Assembly: GCA_965221905.1 (NCBI GenBank)
Contig: OZ244922.1
Span: 3,328,001 to 3,392,000, forward strand
Direction of reading: 5' to 3'
Length of the DNA: 64,000 nt
Source: Chloroflexota bacterium
GTDB lineage: Bacteria; Chloroflexota; UBA11872; VXOZ01
In this document: positions 29,702 through 39,212 of the stretch, piece after piece
Layout: each line of letters begins with the position of its first letter
Position numbering within the stretch: position 1 is the first letter of the stretch
Notes under the pieces: generated by a model
Database searches by the model: none
Told to the model about the DNA's origin: nothing
Seen by the model: only the letters and a program-made list of their open reading frames with translations
Program-made: the position numbers and the translations under genes

Positions 29702-31072
29702 TTAGCCACCTTCCGCCAATACGCCGTTAAGCAGCTTCACGGCCTCGGAGAACGCCTCCGGCACGGTGAGTTCCTGCACATTCAGGGCGTCCCACACCGG
29801 TTTGGTAGCTTCGTTGCCCTTGGACGTGTGCACCCACGGGTACGGCCCGGAATTGTCGGCGATGATCTCCAGGTCCTTCAGCACCGGACGTTCTGCCACG
29901 CGCGCCAGCCATGCGTCGCTCTGGTAGAACTCCTTGCGACCGGCATTCCGAGAGAGGATACCGGCGAAGTACTTCTCCAGAGTGGGTTCGCTGTTCACCC
30001 AGGACATCCAATCCCAGGCGAGGTCCGGATCCGGCGAGACGCTGAAGAGGCACCACTGATTCGTCCAGGTTACGCTGCCCGGCGTCGTGCCGCTGGGACC
30101 CTTGGGGAAGGGCGCAAAGTCGAATTCCAACTCCGCATTGCGGCCGAAGATGTACCCCACCCTCCACGAACCTTGGGCGTCCATGACGATCTGCTCGTTG
30201 TCGAAGGTCGCGCCTTCCGGCTTGGGGCCGAACTTGTGCTTCTGGCGCAGGTCTTCCTTGAACTGGCCCGCGGCTATGCCTTCCGGAGAATCGAAAGCTG
30301 CTGCCGACCAATCGCTGGCATAGAGCCGGGCGCCATTGGGGTAGATCCACCGCGCTATACCATAGATGCTAAAGCCGTCCGCGTCATAGCCCAAGCGCGT
30401 GATATTTTCGCCATCCACTTCGTGCACCTTCTGAGTATATTCCAAGAACTGGTCCCAATCCCAATTCCAGGTAACTTCGCGCGAGGGGTCGAGACCCGCG
30501 TCGGTCAGCAGGCGCGTGTTGAGCCCCAAAACGGTGGTTGAGGGGCCGTCATACGGAATGCCGTAGGTCATGCCGTTGTGCACGTTGAAGAAGCGACCGG
30601 AGTCCACGAACTTGTCGGGCGCCATGTCGGGATTCCTAGCTTGGAACGGGTCGAGCGGCTGCAGAAAGTCTTTCAGCAACCAGTTCAAGATGAAGGCTAC
30701 CGAGACCTGCGAAGAGTCAACTTGCTCGCCGGCGGCAATCATCGTGGTCACATGATCCTGCACGCCTATCGTGCCTTTTACGAACACGTACTCAACGGTC
30801 GTGCCGGGATTGAGATCCTGGAAGTCGGCCTTGATGCCGCTAAAGTACTCGTCCAACGTCGGCGAGCCGCCAGGAACCCACCAGTCAGTGTGCACGACTT
30901 TGCGCGCTTCGGGCGCCTTTGCGGCCGTCTCAGCCTTGGGCGCTTCGGCCTCTGCCTCGGTCTCCGTCATAGCGCCGGTCTGCGCGCCGCAGGCCGCCAG
31001 CAGCACGCCGCCGCCTACCACGCCACTCCAGCCAAGGAGAGAGCGTCGACTAAGTCGTCCATTGGTCCTCAT
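29702..31072 (-). CDS. Extracellular solute-binding lipoprotein, tandem copy 4
   Basis: Same motifs. Most divergent copy in the central region. Confidence 0.9.
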   Translation of the reverse strand: MRTNGRLSRRSLLGWSGVVGGGVLLAACGAQTGAMTETEAEAEAPKAETAAKAPEARKVVHTDWWVPGGSPTLDEYFSGIKADFQDLNPGTTVEYVFVKGTIGVQDHVTTMIAAGEQVDSSQVSVAFILNWLLKDFLQPLDPFQARNPDMAPDKFVDSGRFFNVHNGMTYGIPYDGPSTTVLGLNTRLLTDAGLDPSREVTWNWDWDQFLEYTQKVHEVDGENITRLGYDADGFSIYGIARWIYPNGARLYASDWSAAAFDSPEGIAAGQFKEDLRQKHKFGPKPEGATFDNEQIVMDAQGSWRVGYIFGRNAELEFDFAPFPKGPSGTTPGSVTWTNQWCLFSVSPDPDLAWDWMSWVNSEPTLEKYFAGILSRNAGRKEFYQSDAWLARVAERPVLKDLEIIADNSGPYPWVHTSKGNEATKPVWDALNVQELTVPEAFSEAVKLLNGVLAEGG

Positions 31073-31122
31073 CGAGTGAAACCTCCTGAGCACTACCTAA
31101 CTACCTATTTTCGGCCACGCTA

Positions 31123-31151
31123 AAAATAGAGCATAGCACCTACCGTGTCAA
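31123..31151 (-). promoter_or_regulatory. Putative promoter of SBP copy 4 (TTGACA-17-TATTTT)
   Basis: Spacer and -10 differ from those of copies 1-3. Confidence 0.5.
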
Positions 31152-31321
31152 GTAACTGTGTGCCAAGCCTCTCTCGAGTGCGCATTTCTTGGAGGACGGC
31201 GTTTAGACTAGACAGCCTGTCTCTATAAGCTATGCCGGTACGCAGGCACTCTACGGACCGCCTCCCTGCCGTGCGATCGTCCCTGCCGATCGTGCTCTGC
31301 CAAAGAGACCGATTAACGTCC

Positions 31322-32326
31322 TTACCACGCAAAAGCCACGCCCAGCCAGTCCGAACCGCCGCGCGCAATCATCTCGTAGGTCTCCGGCGCTTCTTCCGGC
31401 GCCATGCGGTGGGTGATGAGGTGATCGACGCGCAATGCGTCTCTAGCGAGCAACTGTAGAATTTCGTCTCGGTTGCGCTCCTGCGTCCACGGGTAGTAGG
31501 GATGCGCGATCATTGGCGAGCGCGGCTGGAGCACACCGATGATGCTGAGTTCCTTCGTCTGCATGGGATCGAAGAGCGGTATTTCCACGATGCGCGGGAT
31601 GCTCCCCACCAGTAGTATCTTGCCGCTCTGCGCCGCCATATCCATAAGCGTGCGGATGGCAGTCCCGCTGCGCGTGGCGTCGTAGCCACAGGTGACGCCC
31701 GCGCTGTCCGTCTCCTCCATTACACGCTGCACTACGTCTTCTTCAGAGGCGTTGATCAGGACAGGGGTGCCGCTCTGCACACCCGCTTCTAAACGCTCGG
31801 GGAAAACATCGATGCCGATCACCGGATGGACGCCGTTCAATCGCAAAAGCTGGCAGAGGAGTTGTCCCACCACTCCTTGCCCCACCACGGCAGCAGTCTG
31901 CCCCAACTTTGGCTCCGCTTTGCGAATGCCGTGCATCGCCACTGCCCCCAAGGTTGTGAACGTCGCGTCAGCCGGATCGACTCCCGTTGGCACGCGGAGC
32001 AGCGTTTGCGGTGCGCCGGTGCGGTCCTTTGCGCGCTTAACAACGTGGTGAGAGGCATGCCTGCCGTTGCTCAAGACTCTGTCGCCCACGGCGAAGTCGG
32101 CGACCTGGTCGCCCATACGTTCCACAACACCCACGTTGGAGTAGCCCGGGTATTTGGGAAAGGGCTGGTCCTCCCGGTCGCCTAGGAGATTGGTAAGCTC
32201 GGTGCCGGCGCTGATGAGGCTGACTTCGGTGCGCACCAGCACGTCGTGGGGCCCAAGCGGCGGCAGCGTGATCGTTTCAAGCGCCACCTTGTTCCGTTCA
32301 GGAAAGAATATCTGGGTTGCTTGCAT
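31322..32326 (-). CDS. Zinc-binding alcohol dehydrogenase family (MDR) oxidoreductase
   Basis: SLISAGTE, PGYSNVG, GQGVVGQ, LITH. Start MQATQ with RBS GAGGAG. Confidence 0.87.
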   Translation of the reverse strand: MQATQIFFPERNKVALETITLPPLGPHDVLVRTEVSLISAGTELTNLLGDREDQPFPKYPGYSNVGVVERMGDQVADFAVGDRVLSNGRHASHHVVKRAKDRTGAPQTLLRVPTGVDPADATFTTLGAVAMHGIRKAEPKLGQTAAVVGQGVVGQLLCQLLRLNGVHPVIGIDVFPERLEAGVQSGTPVLINASEEDVVQRVMEETDSAGVTCGYDATRSGTAIRTLMDMAAQSGKILLVGSIPRIVEIPLFDPMQTKELSIIGVLQPRSPMIAHPYYPWTQERNRDEILQLLARDALRVDHLITHRMAPEEAPETYEMIARGGSDWLGVAFAW

Positions 32327-32457
32327 GGTTATTACTCCTCTTCCGCGTTCAGCGGGGGACAAGCCCCCACGCTTCATTGCTCGTTTGCACTGCGCGCAAA
32401 AAAAACCATAATAGGACGTAGTCTTGATCCTTGTCAGGTTCAATTATACGGGAAAGG

Positions 32458-33495
32458 ATGCAACCAAGAATGTTAGGTGTTGGTATTATCGGGTGCGGCG
32501 GCATTAGCAACGGCCACGCGCGCGGTTGGAACGCCAATAGCGAACGCGCAAAGGTGATCGCCGTAGCGGACGTGGTGGAAGCAGCCGCACAAACGCGTGC
32601 AGCGCAAGTAGGCGGGGCCCAAATCTACTCGGACTACCACGAACTCTTGCAAAACCCCAACGTAGACGCGGTGGACATTTGTCTGCCGCACCACCTCCAC
32701 AAAGAGGCCGCGGTGGCGGCGGCAAACGCCAAGAAGCACATCCTCATCGAAAAGCCGCTCTGCTTAACAATGGACGAAGCCAAGGAGATTGAAGCAGCCG
32801 TGCAGGCGAGCGGCATCACGCTCATGTGCGCCCACAACCAGGTCTTCACGGAATCGGTGCAAGAGATCAAGCCCCGCATCGAGGATGGGCTGCTGGGGGA
32901 TATCTATTGGATCCATTCCGCGGACTGCTTCCTGAGCCGACCTTTCATTAGAACAGGCTCTGACGCGCTTGCATCTCATGGGCCCGGCACGTGGCGCTCC
33001 AAACGCGAACTTATGGGCGGCGGCGAACTCATCGATACCGGTTACCACCCGACCTACCGTCTGCTGTACCTGGCCGGCGCCAAAGCGTTGACAGTTAGTG
33101 CGGTGCTTACCAACCACCGCCTGCCGCAACTCGACGGTGAGGATACGGCACAGGTGCTCGTGACCTTCGACAACGGCTCGTCCGGCTTCATCCTCAGCTC
33201 GTGGGCTATGAACCTGCCGTCGGGCTACTCAATCCACGTTGTCGGCGACCGCGGCACAATCTCTGCGGGGCCGGGACGCATTGAATACAAGGTCAACGGC
33301 ATGGACCAGCCGGCAGTGCGCGAGCTCGAAATCCCCGACACTTTTACAAGGGAGATCGCCCACTTCATTACCGCGCTGGAGAATGGCGAGACCCCGGTGC
33401 AGAGTCTGGCCGACGGCATCGCCACCCTCCGTCTCATCCGGGGGGCGTACCTGTCGGTAGAACAACAGAGGATCGTGCAGCTAGATTCTGTCTAG
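32458..33495 (+). CDS. Gfo/Idh/MocA family oxidoreductase
   Basis: GIIGCGGI, ICLPHHLH, IEKP, GGGELIDTGYH. Confidence 0.92.
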   Translation: MQPRMLGVGIIGCGGISNGHARGWNANSERAKVIAVADVVEAAAQTRAAQVGGAQIYSDYHELLQNPNVDAVDICLPHHLHKEAAVAAANAKKHILIEKPLCLTMDEAKEIEAAVQASGITLMCAHNQVFTESVQEIKPRIEDGLLGDIYWIHSADCFLSRPFIRTGSDALASHGPGTWRSKRELMGGGELIDTGYHPTYRLLYLAGAKALTVSAVLTNHRLPQLDGEDTAQVLVTFDNGSSGFILSSWAMNLPSGYSIHVVGDRGTISAGPGRIEYKVNGMDQPAVRELEIPDTFTREIAHFITALENGETPVQSLADGIATLRLIRGAYLSVEQQRIVQLDSV

Positions 33496-33518
33496 CCCTG
33501 CAAAATAACCTTGAAAGT

Positions 33519-33559
33519 CGACGCAAGACGGGCAGTGTGCCCGTCTTGCGTCGCTTTTT
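33519..33559 (+). terminator. Intrinsic terminator between convergent genes
   Basis: 16-bp perfect stem CGACGCAAGACGGGCA/TGCCCGTCTTGCGTCG followed by a T-run. Confidence 0.8.
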
Positions 33560-33668
33560 GTCCGAAAGTTGAAAAGTTGCTCGCTGTAACGACGAATCGC
33601 CTGTGGCGGCACATGCTGTTGTGAATGCGTGGCAAGCACAAGCAGGATTAGCCAGAAACGAACTCTAC

Positions 33669-35060
33669 CTACACCGCGCGTACGAAACTAAGCTCTTGCA
33701 CTATTTCCAGAATTGCAGAGAAGATTGGTGAGGGATAGATACCAAGGCCGCAGCAAACCAAGGCAACGACGATTACCATGGCTGATCCGGGACGGGAGAA
33801 GGGACGGATTCTGCCCGGGACTTGAACCGGTTGGAGGCACGCGCGCAGCGCGCGAGCATACGCTAGCATCAATAGTCCGCTCCCCGCGAGGAGGGTAAAG
33901 AGAAACCACTCGCCCTGTTGCGAAGCGGCCTGGAAGACCAGCCAGCGCCCGGGAAAGCTAGCGAAACCCGGCACGCCGACAATGGAGAAGCTGCCCACGA
34001 CAAAGGCCAGGGTGAGGAACGGAGCGCGCGTGGTCAAGCCTGCCAATTGCGCAAACGTCACGCCGCCGAGGCGCTCTTCAAGCACGCCGACGAGAATGGC
34101 GAGCAGAAAGAGCGCTGCCGCCATGGCGAGCGCCTGATAGAGAACGCCGGTGACCGCCAAAGCCGAGCGTGAAGCGACACCTATTACAATGAAGCCACTC
34201 GCGCTCACCGTGGAATATCCTAAGAGTCCGCGCAGGTCGTTTGTACTGTACGCCAAAAGCGCTCCGAGCAGGACTGTTGCTAGTCCACCCACGGCAGCCA
34301 AGGCGTTCAATTGCACATCATTGGTAAGCCATGGAAACGAGGCCATAACCGAGACTAAGAAGATCGTCGTTCCAGTATGTAGAATCGCAGCGATCAAGAT
34401 GAACCCCATCACCGGCGCCCGATATGCTACGTCGGGCAACCAGAAGTAGAGCGGCGCGGCGGCAAGCAGGGTACCGAATCCCACCGCAAGTACAGCGGCA
34501 ATGGCCCGTACGCTAATTTCCGTTTCAGGACTCACGCGGTACTGGTCTACCAAGAGCAAACCCAGCACAATCAAGGATCCTCCCAGAGTCATCATGAGCG
34601 TATAACGAATCACAGTGATGCCAATGCGCTGCGTGGGCGCCCTGCCCAAGATTCCCATGGCAGCCACAACATGCGCCAACTGGAGCAGAGCCGCAGCTAC
34701 GACGTAGCGCGTATATATCATTGCACCGGCGATGACGATAGCCGCCAACAAACACGTGGTCGCGGGAAAGAATTCGCCCTGGTTGTGAATGAGATGGAAT
34801 ACGAGCGCGAGGGAAAGCAACGTTATGACGAAAACCACCGGCAGGCGCGCCCTTGCCTCAAGTTGTAGTGTCAGGGTTAGAATCGAGCTGTCAGACTGGG
34901 AGCTTAAGATTGCCCCTAAGAAGAGCGTGAAGATTAGCGCGCACAAGGCAACTATGCCTGCGAATGCCGTCCGGCGGCGAAAGAGTAGTGCAAGCCCTGC
35001 TGCGCCAAATGGCACTATCAGTAGGTGCAACGGTGTGATCAGCGTACTATCTGCTAACAT
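33669..35060 (-). CDS. Proton-conducting membrane transporter family subunit (MrpD/HyfF/NuoN-like)
   Basis: Many TM helices, PLYFWLPD, DLRGLLGYST, GVPGFASFPG. Confidence 0.8.
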   Translation of the reverse strand: MLADSTLITPLHLLIVPFGAAGLALLFRRRTAFAGIVALCALIFTLFLGAILSSQSDSSILTLTLQLEARARLPVVFVITLLSLALVFHLIHNQGEFFPATTCLLAAIVIAGAMIYTRYVVAAALLQLAHVVAAMGILGRAPTQRIGITVIRYTLMMTLGGSLIVLGLLLVDQYRVSPETEISVRAIAAVLAVGFGTLLAAAPLYFWLPDVAYRAPVMGFILIAAILHTGTTIFLVSVMASFPWLTNDVQLNALAAVGGLATVLLGALLAYSTNDLRGLLGYSTVSASGFIVIGVASRSALAVTGVLYQALAMAAALFLLAILVGVLEERLGGVTFAQLAGLTTRAPFLTLAFVVGSFSIVGVPGFASFPGRWLVFQAASQQGEWFLFTLLAGSGLLMLAYARALRACLQPVQVPGRIRPFSRPGSAMVIVVALVCCGLGIYPSPIFSAILEIVQELSFVRAV

Positions 35061-35640
35061 TGCGCTCCAACACGCCCTCGAAGTCGATGATTTGCACCAA
35101 TGTGACCAGGAATCCCACCCCAACCAGCACCAGGCCCTCTACCGATAGCAGCGCCATGCCCTGCTGGCCTAGGAACAGACAGATCATAAAGTCCAAGCCA
35201 TGGACTATTAGCAGCACGCCCATGCTCAAGCCAAAGATGCTGGTACGCAGCACTACCGTAAAGAAGCCAAGGAGAAGCACAGCGGCCGCTCCCATAGTGG
35301 CAATGGGCGCGATCAAGGGCGGCATGCGTTCGGTTAGCAGGTACGCTGCCAAGATGCCCATTACAGCGACGCCAACCATGGTCGGGGTCTCGAATATCGC
35401 TTGATTTTGCAGCGGCCGCTCTCGCTCTACCCACAAGGCTACGGCAAGCATCACGGCGACTGTAAAGCCAATGATAATGCGCGTAATCCCCACTACGGTG
35501 CCGGTGTATGCTATGAGTAGGAGCGAGGAACCCAAGTACACGGCGATTAAACCCGCAAATGCAGGCAGCCACTGGTGCACCACCAGCACCGTACAAGCTC
35601 CGGCGAGCAAGAGGACAAGCATGAGGTGTTCCCAACTCAT
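35047..35640 (-). CDS. Small polytopic membrane protein (HyfE/MrpC-like position in operon)
   Basis: Roughly 6-7 hydrophobic segments. Overlaps both neighbours. Confidence 0.6.
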   Translation of the reverse strand: MSWEHLMLVLLLAGACTVLVVHQWLPAFAGLIAVYLGSSLLLIAYTGTVVGITRIIIGFTVAVMLAVALWVERERPLQNQAIFETPTMVGVAVMGILAAYLLTERMPPLIAPIATMGAAAVLLLGFFTVVLRTSIFGLSMGVLLIVHGLDFMICLFLGQQGMALLSVEGLVLVGVGFLVTLVQIIDFEGVLERNVSR

Positions 35641-37511
35641 AGGGCAAGACCTTGCGTTTCCAATAGCAGAATGAAGAGCGCAAGCAAGGCAAGCATGGCT
35701 ATGGCAATGTAGTAGCGCCTTTCCGCCGCCGCGGACGTCCTGCCAAGGAACGTCAGGCAGCGACCCAAGAGCACAAGTATGCCGTTTGGCGGTACCAGCA
35801 GGCGGTCCGCAGCGCCGCCGATGGCGCGTGTCATGGATACCAGTTGGCGCCGATCCCGGGGGTGCATGCGCCGCAAGAGCATTACTGCTATCACACCGAT
35901 ACCACCCACCAAGGCGGTAGAAGCAGCGCTAAACACTAATAGTGTAGACCAAGAGAATATCGCTTGATCCGGCATTGCGGCATGGCTGATCGTTGTGACT
36001 GCCGGCCACACGAGCACAGAAAACCGCCACTGCAACACAGCCATGACAACTCCTCCCGCCACCAGCAGCCACGCGAGGTTTCCTTGATCGAGCAAGGCGT
36101 CTCGACGCCGCACAGAGGTCAACGGAGGATTTACGAACAGCCGCTGCATCCAACGCCCGAAGGTGACGACGGTTGTGATGCCGAACAGGATGATGAGGGC
36201 TTGCAGCGGAATGGCCCAGGCCTCTCTCTCTACTGCGGTAAAGAGGAATGAACGCGAAGCGGCGCTAAGCGGGAGCACAACTCCGGCTAACGCCGCAATG
36301 CCGATCAAGACGACAACCGCCGGCAAGGCCCAAAGAGCGCGCTGGCTCTGGCGGTGAATTGCCAAGAGTGACGGTCCCGCTGCCGCCACGAACGCCATAC
36401 CGACGGTGCCGCTGAGGAGTATCAGCGCCGCTCCGGCCATGGCTTGATAGGTCCCAATGGCAACCGCCACCGCGATAAGTCCGGCGTGACCGATCCAGTT
36501 TACGGCAAGAAGCGAGGCTAGCCTGCCCATCGCAAGCATTGCGGCAATTGAAAGCGCCAAACTCAGTCCGCCGACAATCAGCAGCGGATTCGACCACGGT
36601 ATGAAGGGATCAGGCCCGGCGAGCACCAGGAAGCGCGCAATCACGTACGTGGTTCCGAGCAGCATGATCCCGGCGACATTGGCGTAAATAGGCGCCAGAT
36701 GGCTGCGCAATGAGGCGGCCCAGCCGTGAAACGGCGGCCAACTTGCTCGCGCCGCCACCGCGGCCAACACTAGGCCGACTACCAACGCATCGAACACACC
36801 GGTGGGAATGTCGCCGTAGAGGTACTGATCGCTCCGGCGCGAGATAATGAGAATGGCCGCGAGCAGACCGTAGCCTGAAAAGTGGCTGACCATGAGCAGG
36901 CGCACCGCGGACGCACTTACCTGCGGGCGTTCCTCCCGAGGCAAGACGGCCAGGAAGTAGCTGGTCAAGCCCAGGGCTTCCCAAAATACATAGAGAAAGA
37001 GCAGGTTCTCCGAGAGCACCAGGCCTCCATAGGCACAGAGCGTGAGCAGCACGAAGGCGTAGGCCCTGCCCATCTGGTCCCGCGGCAGGTGGGCCGCCGG
37101 CAGTATCCACAAATGGCACAGAATTGCAGCCGCTCCCAGCCAGAGGAAGAGTATGCTCACGGAGTCCAGCCGGAAGGCCAGCACAATCGAGTTGTTGAGC
37201 AGCGAGAGCCAGGTGCCGACTTCCACTTCCAACGGGGTATCGGGACGAATCGATGCGTAGATGCTGATCTGTGCCAGGAGCCCGGCGACGGCAACGGTCG
37301 CGACAATAGGATAGACCGTAATCCACGTGTTAGATAGGCGTAGCAACACCACGAGGGGTCTTGTCCAACGCCAGCGCAGCAACCGCTGCTGCAGCCACGT
37401 GCTTCCGCGCACAACGAAGTCAGCACCGATGAGCAGCACACTGAGGATGAGGAAAATCGCCGCCGGCCCGTATAACCAGGGCAAAGGGGCATTGACTAGG
37501 AGATCCTGCAC
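35637..37511 (-). CDS. Proton-conducting membrane transporter family subunit (MrpA/NuoL/HyfB-like)
   Basis: FRLDSVS, SENLLFLYVFWEALGLTSYFL, PPFHGW. Confidence 0.8.
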   Translation of the reverse strand: MQDLLVNAPLPWLYGPAAIFLILSVLLIGADFVVRGSTWLQQRLLRWRWTRPLVVLLRLSNTWITVYPIVATVAVAGLLAQISIYASIRPDTPLEVEVGTWLSLLNNSIVLAFRLDSVSILFLWLGAAAILCHLWILPAAHLPRDQMGRAYAFVLLTLCAYGGLVLSENLLFLYVFWEALGLTSYFLAVLPREERPQVSASAVRLLMVSHFSGYGLLAAILIISRRSDQYLYGDIPTGVFDALVVGLVLAAVAARASWPPFHGWAASLRSHLAPIYANVAGIMLLGTTYVIARFLVLAGPDPFIPWSNPLLIVGGLSLALSIAAMLAMGRLASLLAVNWIGHAGLIAVAVAIGTYQAMAGAALILLSGTVGMAFVAAAGPSLLAIHRQSQRALWALPAVVVLIGIAALAGVVLPLSAASRSFLFTAVEREAWAIPLQALIILFGITTVVTFGRWMQRLFVNPPLTSVRRRDALLDQGNLAWLLVAGGVVMAVLQWRFSVLVWPAVTTISHAAMPDQAIFSWSTLLVFSAASTALVGGIGVIAVMLLRRMHPRDRRQLVSMTRAIGGAADRLLVPPNGILVLLGRCLTFLGRTSAAAERRYYIAIAMLALLALFILLLETQGLAL

Positions 37512-37671
37512 AACCTATGCGCTTTCACACTGGAGTGGGTATGCTGTTGTCTGACTCCGGCAGCAATGCGACTCTCACTACCTGCCATGTATTGTACTGC
37601 GCGCTATAGGCCAAAACCCATAGCCGCACAGTCCCTTGCCATGTTCTCAGCCGGCGGAGGTATTGGAATAA

Positions 37672-39135
37672 CTACACGCGGAAGTATTCCCGCCAGCGGC
37701 GGGTAACTAGCTCCGTGATTTCCGTACTCATTTCGATGTCCGGCGGCCACTCGCGCGTAAAGCCCTCTTCCGCTGTCTTGCGCGTGGCATCCACCCCCAT
37801 CTTACCGCCATAGTTCGGCAGAAGCGACGCGTGGTCGAGGGAATCCACCGGCCCTTCCACGATAACTGTATCCCGCTTCCAGTCCACGTTGTTTCCCATG
37901 CGGAAGATCACCTCGGAGGTATCCTGCACGTCGATGTCGTCGTCCACCACCACGATGAGCTTCACGCACATCATCTGGTGCAAGCTCCAAAGTGCGAACA
38001 TGGTCTTACGCGCGTGACCGGGAAAACGTTTCTTAATGGAAACGAAGACGATGTTGTGAAAGACGCCTTCGTCCGGCAACGCTATGTCGTGAACCTCAGG
38101 CACCATCATTTTAATGAGCGGCAAGAAGATGCGCTCGGTGGCCTTGCCCATATAGAGGTCTTCCATCGGCGGGCGGCCTACGATGATGGTGACGTAGATC
38201 GGATCGCGCCGATGGGTGATGGCTGTGACGTGGAAGACAGGGTACTCGTCCGCGTTGGAATAGTAACCGGTATGGTCGCCAAAAGGCCCCTCCGTTGCAA
38301 ACTCGCCGGGCTCGACGTAGCCTTCCAAGACAATCTCACTGTTGGCGGGCACCATTACGTCCACGGTCTTGCCCTTGACCAGTTCCACCGGCCCACCGCG
38401 CAGGAATCCGGCAAAGAGAAACTCATCGATGCCCTGCGGAAGCGGTGCAGTGCCCGAATAGACCGCGGCCGGCTCTGCGCCGAGCGCTACCGCCAGTTGC
38501 AGGCGCTCCTTCTTCTGCACGCTATCGTCGTAGTGCTCGCGTCCTCCCTTGTGCCGCTGCCAATGCATGGCAGTAGTGTTCTTGCTAAGCACCTGCAGGC
38601 GATAGACGCCTACGTTGCGCTTGCCGGTATTGGGGTCGTAGCTGCACACGAGCGGCAGCGTGATGTACTTCCCAGCGTCGAGCGGCCAGCACTTGATGAT
38701 CGGCAGCGTGCCGAGGTCCACGTCGTCGCCGGTCAGCACCACTTCCTGGCAGGGCGCAGAATCTACGACCTTGGGCGCGATGCGGGTCAACTTGAGCAAC
38801 TCGCTGCCGGCCTGCAGCTTGGCGCCTAATCCCTCCGGCGGACCGCCCAGCGCAATGCCAATCAGGCTTTCCAGCTTCTGCGGCAACTCTTCCCACGAGT
38901 CGGAACCGAGCGCCCACGCGGTGCGCTGCTCGGAGCCGAAGGTGTTGATGAGAAGCGGGATATCCGAACCTTGCACGTTCTCGAAGAGCAGGGCCGGCCC
39001 TGCCGCCTTGGTGACACGGTCGGTGATTTCCGTGATCTCGAGCTCAGGGTTTACCTGCGCCGAAATGCGCTGCAACTCCCCTTTGGCTTCGAGGAACGTG
39101 ATGAACTCGCGCAGGTCCTTGAACGTGGGTGGCAT
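37672..39135 (-). CDS. UbiD family decarboxylase (menaquinone biosynthesis MqnL-type)
   Basis: DLREFI..LE..GEL, HWQRHKGG, EGPFGDHTGYY, GRPPMED, GGKMGVDAT. Confidence 0.92.
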   Translation of the reverse strand: MPPTFKDLREFITFLEAKGELQRISAQVNPELEITEITDRVTKAAGPALLFENVQGSDIPLLINTFGSEQRTAWALGSDSWEELPQKLESLIGIALGGPPEGLGAKLQAGSELLKLTRIAPKVVDSAPCQEVVLTGDDVDLGTLPIIKCWPLDAGKYITLPLVCSYDPNTGKRNVGVYRLQVLSKNTTAMHWQRHKGGREHYDDSVQKKERLQLAVALGAEPAAVYSGTAPLPQGIDEFLFAGFLRGGPVELVKGKTVDVMVPANSEIVLEGYVEPGEFATEGPFGDHTGYYSNADEYPVFHVTAITHRRDPIYVTIIVGRPPMEDLYMGKATERIFLPLIKMMVPEVHDIALPDEGVFHNIVFVSIKKRFPGHARKTMFALWSLHQMMCVKLIVVVDDDIDVQDTSEVIFRMGNNVDWKRDTVIVEGPVDSLDHASLLPNYGGKMGVDATRKTAEEGFTREWPPDIEMSTEITELVTRRWREYFRV

Positions 39136-39212
39136 CTGTAGTGTGCGCTACTCCTTCTTGCAATCCGAAATTCCGCAGGTCTCATATCTGCGCTTCCCTC
39201 GGGCATCTGCCA

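Noticed and set aside
24838-31072. SBP array considered as a diversity-generating retroelement or shufflon
   Set aside because: No reverse transcriptase, TR/VR pair with adenine-specific changes, invertase or inverted recombination sites. All copies are full genes in direct orientation.
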